Origin: Octopus sinensis
Taxonomy: Eukaryota
DNA length: 64,000 nucleotides
Assembly (NCBI RefSeq): GCF_006345805.1
Contig: NC_043019.1
Span: 6,075,360 to 6,139,359 of the forward strand
Direction of reading: 5' to 3'
The translations under genes were made by a program, and so were the position numbers. The notes below the pieces were generated by a model, which worked only from the letters and a program-made list of their open reading frames with translations, had not been told where the DNA came from and searched no databases. Positions 12,264 to 24,185 of the stretch are shown here, in pieces (the stretch's first letter is position 1; each line of letters starts with the position of its first letter).

Positions 12264-12307
<44 letters not shown>

Positions 12308-12530
12308 GTTTGTATGTTTGTGATTGTATGTTTATGTTTGTCACCCCCACCATCGCTTGACAACAGATGTTGGTGTGTTTACGTCCCCGTAACTTAGCGG
12401 TTCGACAAAGAGACCGATAGAATAAGTATTAAGCTTACAAAATATGTGTCCACGGATCGATTTGTTCGACTAAAGGCCGTGTTCCAGCATGGCCGCAGTC
12501 AAATGACTGAAACAAATAAAAGAATAAAAG
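12308..12530 (+). mobile_element. SINE family A, 3' half (copy ~17695-17910)
   Basis: CATCGCTTGACAAC...GCATGGCCGCAGTCAAATGACTGAAAC. Confidence 0.85.
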
Positions 12531-12664
12531 AATACAGAGTACGATGAGTAATTTGTCGCCATTCGATAATTTTTAATTTCACGCATGCGTATTGTTTGTT
12601 TTTGATATCGTTGACTACACAATATAGTAGGGTCACTCGAGCACCGTCTGTGAGAAAAACAACA

Positions 12665-13298
12665 CCATGATGCAATTCACTCCGCCAGAAATTTGGAAGT
12701 GACATGCTGTACTGCTTGGTATTATAACCGCAATACGAATATTCCAGAGTGTCTGGGAGTAAATCTGAGGACAATGAAGAGGATTCGGAAAGAGTTGGAT
12801 GAGTTAAATGGTGATTACGAAGATACGACATCTCGGAAAACTCACTTTGATCGTTCTGATAAAAAAGAACTCCTGAATTTGTTGGTGAGATTCAGGTCTT
12901 GAATGACAACGATCCCTCCAAGTCAATCAGGTCCTTCGCCAGAGACATGGAAGTGTCTAAGTTTCTTATTAGGCAGGCAGTGCTTGAAGACATCCGCTAT
13001 TCCTCATACAAGATTACAAAGGGACAATTTTTATCGCAAGTCATCAAGGACAAGAGGTAAGTCCACGCTACGAAGCTGTGTTAAAAAATCCAAGCATCCC
13101 CTCCAACCAAACATGCTCTGGTTTTCCGCAGACGAGAAAAAATTCTGCAGGATCAGATGGTGAACTCACAGAACAACTGCTGGCTTGCCACGTTCCCAAA
13201 ACATGTACCGAGAGTCATAAAAATCAAACATCCAGTCAACATTATGGTGTTTGGAGTGGTTACTAGTAAGAGCGACGTTATGCCTCCATTCATCTTCT
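12665..13298 (+). mobile_element. Decayed Tc1/mariner (maT/DD37D-like) transposase fragment (copy ~18045-18679)
   Basis: RTPEFVGEIQ..DPSKSIRSFARDM, LWFSADEKKF, KHPVNIMVFGVVTSKSDVMPPFIF. Confidence 0.75.
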
Positions 13299-14045
13299 AA
13301 TAATATTAACAGGTCAAAGATGCTATCCGTATATGTGTTTTTTTTTTGTCAACCCGAACAGAATGAGCCGTGGGTCAAGTTTCATACAGCGAACATGTGT
13401 GCACTTTTCATACAGCAAATCTAAGAAGCGTTGCCAGAAGGCCTGTACACGTTCACAATACCAGAAAAGGTGTGATACCTATTTCTTTATTACCCAGAAG
13501 GGGCTAAACATAGAGGGGACAAACAAGGACAGACATAGGTATTAAGTCGATTACATCGACCCCAGTGCGTAACTGGTACTTAATTTATCGACCCCGAAAG
13601 GATGAAAGGCAAAGTCGACCTCGGCGGAATTCGAACTCAGAACGTAACGGCAGACGAAATACGGCTACGCATTTCGCCCGGCGTGCTAACCATTCTGCCA
13701 GCTCGCCGCCTTACGTTGACAAAAAGTGCACATGTTGCTTTCGGACAATTTAATCTTAAATAGCAGAGAATTAGTTGCCAGAATATTGTATATAATTCTG
13801 AACTGGAACCATCATAGTTTAGTATCTGTTGTTGTCTTTATAGGTAGTAAAAATATTTTTCCCCATTCCAGTTCAGCAAACATACACTCTTCCCATTTGT
13901 ATTTGAATATTAAACAAGCATCAACATTGTTTAAAACAAAGTAGTATCGTTTGCCTCCAATCTTAACAGACATGAGCTTTCGGATAGCTGTACTATCCTC
14001 TAAATGTTGGAAAGCAGTAGGTTTGCTTATTTTAAACTTTGTTTG
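13299..14045 (-). mobile_element. L1/Tx1-like LINE ORF2 C-terminal zinc-binding region, split by a SINE B (copy ~18680-19436)
   Basis: WGKIFLLPIKTTTDTKL*WFQFRIIYNILATN..CTFCQR / SHLFWYCERVQAFW..ILFG. Confidence 0.75.
13478..13712 (-). mobile_element. SINE family B, full length (copy ~18859-19092)
   Basis: Head GGCGGCGAGCTGGCAGAA..GAGTTCGAATTCC; body GGTCGATAAATTAAGTACCAG. Confidence 0.9.
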
Positions 14046-14057
14046 ATAGCTTTTAAT

Positions 14058-14091
<34 letters not shown>

Positions 14092-14644
14092 ATATATACT
14101 AATTAATTAAGGGTTCAGCAACGATTTGCCTCACCACATACCGAATTCAGAAATAGCAGTCAAAAAGTTTTGGCTATTCTTTCTACTTAAAAGGGAGATT
14201 TCAGTAAAACCAAAGCACTCAAAAAGCAAACGACGCAGGCAAAAGAGAAAGAAATGACAACAATCATTCTATATTAAGTTACCTACGGATGTACGTTTCA
14301 GAATCAAGTCATTGTAGAGCATAAAAATTAAATAATTATGTCTTACCTGACTATTTTTCTCCTCAGCGTAGGACTCTTCAATTATAAATAATTGCGTCTC
14401 AATTATTAATAATTGTGTATTAAATTTGAAGGCACTAGAAGACATCACCTCAACTCATGGTATTAGAGCGAGCGTAAGCCTTACCAGTACCACCGAATTC
14501 AAAGGGTGAATGAAAGTAAATCACCTCCCCCCCACTTCCGCCAGCGTGCTGCCAAAATAAGATGCTACAGTTTTTTTACTGGGATAAAATACAATTATCA
14601 ATAATAATAAAAGGTGAAATTAATTGATTTAGAAATAATCATCA

Positions 14645-15050
14645 ATTGGGCTAAACATAGAGGGGACAAACAAGGAACAGTTAAAGGGATTAAGTCGATT
14701 ACATCGACCTCAGTGCGTAACTGGTACTTAATTTATCGGCCCCGAAAGGATGAAAGGCAAAGTCGACCTCGGCGGAAATTGAACTCAGAACGTAAAGACT
14801 GACGAAATACCTGTTTCTTTACAACCCACAAGGGGCTAAACATAGAGGGGAAAAACAAGGACAGACAAACGGATTAAGTCGATTACATCGACCCCAGTGC
14901 GTAACGGGTACTTAATTTATCCCCCGAAAGGATGAAAGACACAGTCGACCTCGCGGCGGAATTTGAACTCAGAACGTAACGGCAGACGAAAGCGGCATGG
15001 TCATTTCATCACAACCCCGGCGTGCTAACGGTTCTTTCTGCAGCTCCCGC
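14645..15050 (-). mobile_element. SINE family B with duplicated body (copy ~20023-20417)
   Basis: Two tandem SINE B bodies followed by one head. Confidence 0.85.
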
Positions 15051-15931
15051 GTTATATACATATGTACATAAAAAAAAAAAAAAAAAAAGAAATATAAAAA
15101 AGAAAGAAAGAGCAGACATAGATACGCACTATTAAGATTTGTGTAAATGAAAGAATTATTAATTTGTCCAAAAGCAGCTGTCAGTTGGTTTTCATAAACG
15201 ATGAGAATAATTGCTTTGGAAAAGAACAGCGCGCTTCCATATATTTCTTTTCTTATTGCCCACACGGGGGTAATATAGAAGGGACAAACAAAGACAGACA
15301 AGGGTGAAAGGCCAAATCGACCTCATCGGAATTTGAACTCAGAACGTAACGGCAGACGAAATACCAATTTCTTTATTGCCCACCGGGCGCCAAACAAAGA
15401 AATGGACAGAACAACTGATGGGATCAGTGAAGCGATATGATTTTACGTATAATGTGACTTAAATACAATATAACAAAATACAAAGTTATATCTTGATATC
15501 GCTAGTGATAACAATACTCAAAATATATAACAGACTGGAATTGTAGGCCCGTCTCTTGCAATTTCGATCAATTGTATCTTGTCCTCCCTCTTGTATAGAA
15601 GTGTGGCTACAATCCAGCCTACTTCTACTTCTGGTGGGAGGACATTTTTATTTTTATCCGGGACGTCCTACGTCCCAGATATAAAGGTAAAGATAAAATA
15701 TTTCCACCTTGCTTCTATTGTGGCGAACTTACCGCCTCTGGTTAGATACTTGATATCTTTCATAGTCACACCAAGACACTTTTCAATGGTGCTTTCCTCC
15801 AGGTGTTCAAATCTATTCTTTTCTCTACATTGTATACTATAAGTAAGGCATGAATGACATTGGTTGTGTAGTTCTCAAGTTTTAGGGAAACGCACAGACA
15901 GACAAACAGACAGACACACACACATTCTCAG

Positions 15932-15994
<63 letters not shown>

Positions 15995-16877
15995 AGAAGG
16001 GGGAACGGTAGGGCAAGCCCGCCACCGACTGAACAGAAAAAAAAGAAAGAAGAGGTGGAAAAGGAAGACGTAGCGAGAAAGAAAGATAACAAAAGTAAGG
16101 CGAAGAAGGGAAGTGAAAAAATAATTAAGAAGTTGGGTGACGATGAGTCAGAGAAGGAGGAAACAAGGTTGAGGACGACATGTGATTTGGCAGAAGTTTC
16201 AGAGACTCAGTTACAAGAGGGTGAGATGGAGAAACTGTTTACAGTGGAGATAGAGAAGATTGTTCCAGCCTCAGAGAAGAGTACAGAGGAACCTATATTG
16301 GGAGAGGAAGAAGGGAAAGCCTAGAGGAGGGAAGAAATGGAGTTTTTTTATCGATTCAAAAAACAAGGAAGTGGAAAAAGAATTGTGAAGTTTAAAAACA
16401 TCGTAAGGGTGAAAATGCCTTTAAAACATCGTAAGGTGGTTTATGAAAGACTTAGAGACAGGTGCGGTAATGGTATCGACCCTGGCGGTACGATAGTGGA
16501 GTTCAATGAGCTGCCACCAGTAATCGAACTGAGAGAGCTGGAGCAGTATATGAAGCGTTAAAAGGAAAAAAAAAGTTTTTAAAAAAAGAAAGAAAGGAAG
16601 AGTATTTTTGAAGAAAAAAATGACATTTATTTAACAGAAAAAAAAAAGAGGAAAAATCCGATAAAATAAGACTAATAACGGAGTGTAAAAACGCTCCAAG
16701 GGTACTGCCTGTGGGGTGGGGCCCATGCAGCATTTCATTTTTTCATTAGTATATAATATTCATTTTCATCCGTTTTATGTTTATTGTCCCCACTGTGGTG
16801 TTGTGTATGTCCTTGTAGTGTCCCTTCTGTGCTGTGGCCTTAGTGCCAAATAAAGAAATAGGAAAACCGGTGATTGT

Positions 16878-16922
16878 CGTGCGCTGATGACGGGTCAATA
16901 CCCAGAAACTGCAGTCCGTACG
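16878..16922 (+). ncRNA. Minimal type I hammerhead ribozyme, copy 2
   Basis: Identical to 11532-11576. Confidence 0.8.
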
Positions 16923-17389
16923 TATCACTTAGGTTGACGAGGGAAGGATGACCTCCCTTTGCAAATACCGATAGGGCACAGAAAGTGTGCCTATAGCCAG
17001 CTGGAGATGTTCTCCTGGGGCTACAAGCTACAGTAACATCCACCCTTAGTGGTTAGCCATATTGAGATGGCAAATATACCTCACATTAGAAAAAAACCAC
17101 CTTTTATCAATTCAATAAAGAAAAATTAAATTATACCATTTAGATAATTTACATATTATAGAAAGATTAAATATAAGATAAAACATATAACGATGATTAA
17201 TTAATGTTCAAAATAATTAATAAAACGTATATATTTAGTAGAATAACGACACGTGTTTCGTGGCTATATTTAAGAAATGGTAATAGTAAAAATAATAGTA
17301 GTAGTAAAATCACTTCAATATAACGTCACGTAAACAAATTCAAAACATTAGAGTTCGCCGGTTAAATATACTAAAACATGGAGTAAAAG

Positions 17390-17612
17390 CAACCGTTCTG
17401 ATCATTTTAGCCGCCATGGGTTTTGCAGTAAATGACTAAATCATCCATAACTTTTGTATTATCCTCTCAAATTACACCAAAATCTCAGACAATAACAATT
17501 AATATTGTATTTATTGTCTGTGAAAATTATAGAATATAAAACAACTTTGATAAAAACTTATACCTACTTTTCTGGCGAAAACAATGCCGTTCAGAACATT
17601 TTGGACGCACTG
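17390..17612 (-). repeat. Second copy of the Tc1 right terminal inverted repeat
   Basis: Matches 12043-12266 (one A missing near the tip); followed by TA. Confidence 0.9.
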
Positions 17613-17626
17613 TATATATATATATA

Positions 17627-17689
<63 letters not shown>

Positions 17690-19431
17690 GTTTGTATGTT
17701 TGTGATTGTATGTTTATGTTTGTCACCCCCACCATCGCTTGACAACAGATGTTGGTGTGTTTACGTCCCCGTAACTTAGCGGTTCGACAAAGAGACCGAT
17801 AGAATAAGTATTAAGCTTACAAAATATGTGTCCACGGATCGATTTGTTCGACTAAAGGCCGTGTTCCAGCATGGCCGCAGTCAAATGACTGAAACAAATA
17901 AAGAATAAAAGAATACAGAGTACGATGAGTAATTTGTCGCCATTCGATAATTTTTAATTTCACGCATGCGTATTGTTTGTTTTTGATATCGTTGACTACA
18001 CAATATAGTAGGGTCACTCGAGCACCGTCTGTGAGAAAAACAACACCATGATGCAATTCACTCCGCCAGAAATTTGGAAGTGACATGCTGTACTGCTTGG
18101 TATTATAACCGCAATACGAATATTCCAGAGTGTCTGGGAGTAAATCTGAGGACAATGAAGAGGATTCGGAAAGAGTTGGATGAGTTAAATGGTGATTACG
18201 AAGATACGACATCTCGGAAAACTCACTTTGATCGTTCTGATAAGAAAAGAACTCCTGAATTTGTTGGTGAGATTCAGGTCTTGAATGACAACGATCCCTC
18301 CAAGTCAATCAGGTCCTTCGCCAGAGACATGGAAGTGTCTAAGTTTCTTATTAGGCAGGCAGTGCTTGAAGACATCCGCTATTCCTCATACAAGATTACA
18401 AAGGGACAATTTTTATCGCAAGTCATCAAGGACAAGAGGTAAGTCCACGCTACGAAGCTGTTAAAAAAATCCAAGCATCCCCTCCAACCAAACATGCTCT
18501 GGTTTTCCGCAGACGAGAAAAAATTCTGCAGGATCAGATGGTGAACTCACAGAACAACTGCTGGCTTGCCACGTTCCCAAAACATGTACCGAGAGTCATA
18601 AAAATCAAACATCCAGTCAACATTATGGTGTTTGGAGTGGTTACTAGTAAGAGCGACGTTATGCCTCCATTCATCTTCTAATAATATTAACAGGTCAAAG
18701 ATGCTATCCGTATATGTGTTTTTTTTTTGTCAACCCGAACAGAATGAGCCGTGGGTCAAGTTTCATACAGCGAACATGTGTGCACTTTTCATACAGCAAA
18801 TCTAAGAAGCGTTGCCAGAAGGCCTGTACACGTTCACAATACCAGAAAAGGTGTGATACCTATTTCTTTATTACCCAGAAGGGGCTAAACATAGAGGGGA
18901 CAAACAAGGACAGACATAGGTATTAAGTCGATTACATCGACCCCAGTGCGTAACTGGTACTTAATTTATCGACCCCGAAAGGATGAAAGGCAAAGTCGAC
19001 CTCGGCGGAATTCGAACTCAGAACGTAACGGCAGACGAAATACGGCTACGCATTTCGCCCGGCGTGCTAACCATTCTGCCAGCTCGCCGCCTTACGTTGA
19101 CAAAAAGTGCACATGTTGCTTTCGGACAATTTAATCTTAAATAGCAGAGAATTAGTTGCCAGAATATTGTATATAATTCTGAACTGGAACCATCATAGTT
19201 TAGTATCTGTTGTTGTCTTTATAGGTAGTAAAAATATTTTTCCCCATTCCAGTTCAGCAAACATACACTCTTCCCATTTGTATTTGAATATTAAACAAGC
19301 ATCAACATTGTTTAAAACAAAGTAGTATCGTTTGCCTCCAATCTTAACAGACATGAGCTTTCGGATAGCTGTACTATCCTCTAAATGTTGGAAAGCAGTA
19401 GGTTTGCTTATTTTAAACTTTGTTTGATAGC

Positions 19432-19478
<47 letters not shown>

Positions 19479-21276
19479 TAATTAATTAAGGGTTCAGCAA
19501 CGATTTGCCTCACCACATACCGAATTCAGAAATAGCAGTCAAAAAGTTTTGGCTATTCTTTCTACTTAAAAGGGAGATTTCAGTAAAACCAAAGCACTCA
19601 AAAAGCAAACGACGCAGGCAAAAGAGAAAGAAATGACAACAATCATTCTATATTAAGTTACCTACGGATGTACGTTTCAGAATCAAGTCATTGTAGAGCA
19701 TAAAAATTAAATAATTATGTCTTACCTGACTATTTTTCTCCTCAGCGTAGGACTCTTCAATTATAAATAATTGCGTCTCAATTATTAATAATGTGTATTA
19801 AATTTGAAGGCACTAGAAGACATCACCTCAACTCATGGTATTAGAGCGAGCGTAAGCCTTACCAGTACCACCGAATTCAAAGGGTGAATGAAAGTAAATC
19901 ACCTCCCCCCCCACTTCCGCCAGCGTGCTGCCAAAATAAGATGCTACAGTTTTTTACTGGGATAAAATACAATTATCAATAATAATAAAAGGTGAAATTA
20001 ATTGATTAGAAATAATCATCAATTGGGCTAAACATAGAGGGGACAAACAAGGAACAGTTAAAGGGATTAAGTCGATTACATCGACCTCAGTGCGTAACTG
20101 GTACTTAATTTATCGGCCCCGAAAGGATGAAAGGCAAAGTCGACCTCGGCGGAAATTGAACTCAGAACGTAAAGACTGACGAAATACCTGTTTCTTTACA
20201 ACCCACAAGGGGCTAAACATAGAGGGGAAAAACAAGGACAGACAAACGGATTAAGTCGATTACATCGACCCCAGTGCGTAACGGGTACTTAATTTATCGA
20301 CCCCGAAAGGATGAAAGGCACAGTCGACCTCGGCGGAATTCGAACTCAGAACGTAACGGCAGACGAAATGCGGCATGCATTTCACCCGGCGTGCTAACGG
20401 TTCTGCCAGCTCGCCGCGTTATATACATATGTATATAAAAAGAAAGAGAAAGAGCAGACATAGATACGCACTATTAAGATTTGTGTAAATGAAAGAATTA
20501 TTAATTTGTCCAAAAGCAGCTGTCAGTTGGTTTTCATAAACGATGAGAATAATTGCTTTGGAAAAGAACAGCGCGCTTCCATATATTTCTTTTCTTATTG
20601 CCCACACGGGGGTAAATATAGAAGGGACAAACAAAGACAGACAAAGGGGTGAAAGGCCAAATCGACCTCATCGGAATTTGAACTCAGAACGTAACGGCAG
20701 ACGAAATACCAATTTCTTTATTGCCCACCGGGCGCCAAACAAAGAAATGGACAGAACAACTGATGGGATCAGTGAAGCGATATGATTTTACGTATAATGT
20801 GACTTAAATACAATATAACAAAATACAAAGTTATATCTTGATATCGCTAGTGATAACAATACTCAAAATATATAACAGACTGGAATTGTAGGCCGTCTCT
20901 TGCAATTTCGATCAATTGTATCTTGTCCTCCCTCTTGTATAGAAGTGTGGCTACAATCCAGCCTACTTCTACTTCTGGTGGGAGGACATTTTTAATTTTT
21001 ATCCGGGACGTCCTACGTCCCAGATATAAAGGTAAAGATAAAATATTTCCACCTTGCTTCTATTGTGGCGAACTTACCGCCTCTGGTTAGATACTTGATA
21101 TCTTTCATAGTCACACCAAGACACTTTTCAATGGTGCTTTCCTCCAGGTGTTCAAATCTATTCTTTTCTCTACATTGTATACTATAAGTAAGGCATGAAT
21201 GACATTGGTTGTGTAGTTCTCAAGTTTTAGGGAAACGCACAGACAGACAAACAGACAGACACACACACATTCTCAG

Positions 21277-21312
<36 letters not shown>

Positions 21313-22199
21313 ATAGAAGGGGGAACGGTAGGGCAAGCCCGCCACCGACTGAACAGAAAAAAAAGAAAGAAGAGGTGGAAAAGGAAGACGTAGCGAGAAA
21401 GAAAGATAACAAAAGTAAGGCGAAGAAGGGAAGTGAAAAAATAATTAAGAAGTTGGGTGACGATGAGTCAGAGAAGGAGGAAACAAGGTTGAGGACGACA
21501 TGTGATTTGGCAGAAGTTTCAGAGACTCAGTTACAAGAAGGGAGATGGAGAAACTGTTTACAGTGGAGATAGAGAAGATTGTTCCAGCCTCAGAGAAGAG
21601 TACAGAGGAACCTATATTGGGAGAGGAAGAAGGGAGAAAGCCTAGAGGAGGGAAGAAACAGTGGAGTTTTTTTTATCGATTCAAAAAACAAGGAAGTGGA
21701 AAAAGAAATTGTGAAGTTTAAAAACATCGTAAGGGTGAAAATGCCTTTAAAACATCGTAAGGTGGTTTATGAAAGACTTAGAGACAGGTGCGGTAATGGT
21801 ATCGACCCTGGCGGTACGATAGTGGAGTTCAATGAGCTGCCACCAGTAATCGAACTGAGAGAGCTGGAGCAGTATATGAAGCGTTAAAAGGAAAAAAAAA
21901 GTTTTTAAAAAAAGAAAGAAAGGAAGAGTATTTTTGAAGAAAAAAATTACATTTATTTAACAGAAAAAAAAAGAGGAAAAATCCGATAAAATAAGACTAA
22001 TAACGGAGTGTAAAAACGCTCCAAGGGTACTGCCTGTGGGGTGGGGCCCATGCAGCATTTCATTTTTTCATTAGTATATAATATTCATTTTCATCCGTTT
22101 TATGTTTATTGTCCCCACTGTGGTGTTGTGTATGTCCTTGTAGTGTCCCTTCTGTGCTGTGGCCTTAGTGCCATAAAGAATAGGAAAACCGGTGATTGT

Positions 22200-22244
22200 C
22201 GTGCGCTGATGACGGGTCAATACCCAGAAACTGCAGTCCGTACG
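22200..22244 (+). ncRNA. Minimal type I hammerhead ribozyme, copy 3
   Basis: Identical to 11532-11576. Confidence 0.8.
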
Positions 22245-22565
22245 TATCACTTAGGTTGACGAGGGAAGGATGACCTCCCTTTGCAATACCGATAGGGCAC
22301 AGAAAGTGTGCCTATAGCCAGCTGGAGATGTTCTCCTGGGGCTACAAGCTACAGTAACATCCACCCTTAGTGGTTAGCCATATTGAGATGGCAAATATAC
22401 CTCACATTAGAAAAAAACCACCTTTTATCAATTCAATAAAGAAAAATTAAATTATACCATTTAGATAATTTACATATTATAGAAAGATTAAATATAAGAT
22501 AAAACATATAACGATGATTAATTAATGTTCAAAATAATTAATAAAACGTATATATTTAGTAGAAT

Positions 22566-22664
22566 AACGACACGTGTTTCGTGGCTATATTTAAGAAATG
22601 GTAATAGTAAAAATAATAGTAGTAGTAAAATCACTTCAATATAAATATAACCACTTTTCAGGTT
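22566..22664 (-). ncRNA. Hammerhead-like motif with 13-bp stem II and a G8A core change
   Basis: AAC-CTGAAAA-GTGGTTATATTTA..TAAATATAGCCAC-GAAA-CACGTG-TC-GTT. Confidence 0.65.
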
Positions 22665-23518
22665 AAAGATAACAATTATAATGAAATAATTAATTAGATA
22701 AATTAATAGATATACGTAAATAATATTGTAAAATACGAAATATCTTAACAAATATATTCTTGTTTAAAAAAAGATACAATTAATTAAAATATTTAAAACA
22801 AATATATATATAAGATACAAAATATACATTAAGTGAAAACTAAATACAATAATTTAAACTATATACATTAAATTAAATTATTAATTGATTAATTTATTTA
22901 TTTAATAGACATCTAAAAAAAGTCTTATACTTATTAAGTAATTTATATTAAAAACCTTAATGTTAAGTAATATACATAATGTAAGTACAAGCTATAAATA
23001 TTGGAATTAAAAATAGGAAATGGTTCAAATATATACACACCAATTAGATAAACTAACTATATTATTAATATATATATATATATAGTATCTATAGATTTAA
23101 TATTTCATTCAATAATATAGTTGACCAAAATATCAATTAATATAAAATTAATTTACTTAAATGTGATATTACGTAAAAGTAAATATAACACCTCCTAATT
23201 ATTAAATAATGTTTTGTCTTACATAACTAATTCACGAATTAAATTATATGTAATACGTTAAATCACATTATAAAAATAATAATAAAGCATAATAAATAAA
23301 TAGATATATCATATCAAGAAATTTTATATAAAATTAATATTTTAACAACAATAATAATAAAAATAATAATAATCAAACTTAATACAATTCAAAGGTTAAA
23401 TAACATTGTTAAATAAAAAAAACGCTACTTAGCTTGTCGACAATAATATAGCTGAATTTTAAACGTAAAAATGTAGGTCTTAGCGTTTATAAAAAATTAA
23501 ATTATATATAAAATTAGG

Positions 23519-23559
<41 letters not shown>

Positions 23560-23949
23560 ATGTGTATGTGTAGGTATATGAGGATCGGTATATATATAGT
23601 ACGTTTAAATATTTGTTGTACAAGATTTTTATGTGAAGTCGTGTGTTGAAACAGATATTGATATATTTCGGAATGGTTATATTGCCAGTTTAGCCAATAA
23701 ATAAAATGGCTGACGGTTAGTAAGGAGAGACACAAATAAGAAAGAAGAAAACAAAGAACCACTGATGCGGTCACAGGAGTGTAACGAAAGAACTCTGGCC
23801 GAAATAAGATTAAGATTAATGTAAAAAATAAATAACAATGAAGCAAAATAACACCAAATATATAGTGCGTGTGTTTTTATTGGCTAAACTGGCAATATGC
23901 CCATTCCGAAATATAACAATAGGTATATATATATTTATCTATGTATGTG

Positions 23950-23987
<38 letters not shown>

Positions 23988-24136
23988 CATATGGGTGTGT
24001 GCATGAGTGTATGTATGTACACATATATATATATATATGTATGTGTGTATGTATGTATGTACGCATAAACGTGCCTGTATGGATGTACTGATATACCTAT
24101 ACGATCGTGTGGGTCTCTATCTCTCTGCGTCTATGG

Positions 24137-24181
<45 letters not shown>

Positions 24182-24185
24182 ATAC

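Larger units (their letters stand above)
8283..12266 (-). mobile_element. IR/DR-type Tc1 DNA transposon with a 2.37-kb internal insertion
   Basis: 224-bp inverted repeats at 8283-8506 and 12043-12266, starting CAGTTG, each with outer and inner GCG(G/T)CCAAAATG..C(T/A)GAACGG-type direct repeats; TA at 8281-82 and 12267-68. Confidence 0.92.
9614..22644. repeat. Tandem segmental duplication, ~5.35-kb unit, ~2.4 copies (units start ~9614, ~14947, ~20327)
   Basis: Near-identical blocks and repeated ORFs, e.g. 11494/16840, 13333/18714, 9707/14969/20419. Confidence 0.95.

Noticed and set aside
22645-23510. Extremely AT-rich block suggestive of a mitochondrial control-region insertion
   Set aside because: No mitochondrial gene or tRNA is recognisable, and it is continuous with a hammerhead-bearing repeat, so a Penelope terminal region is more likely.
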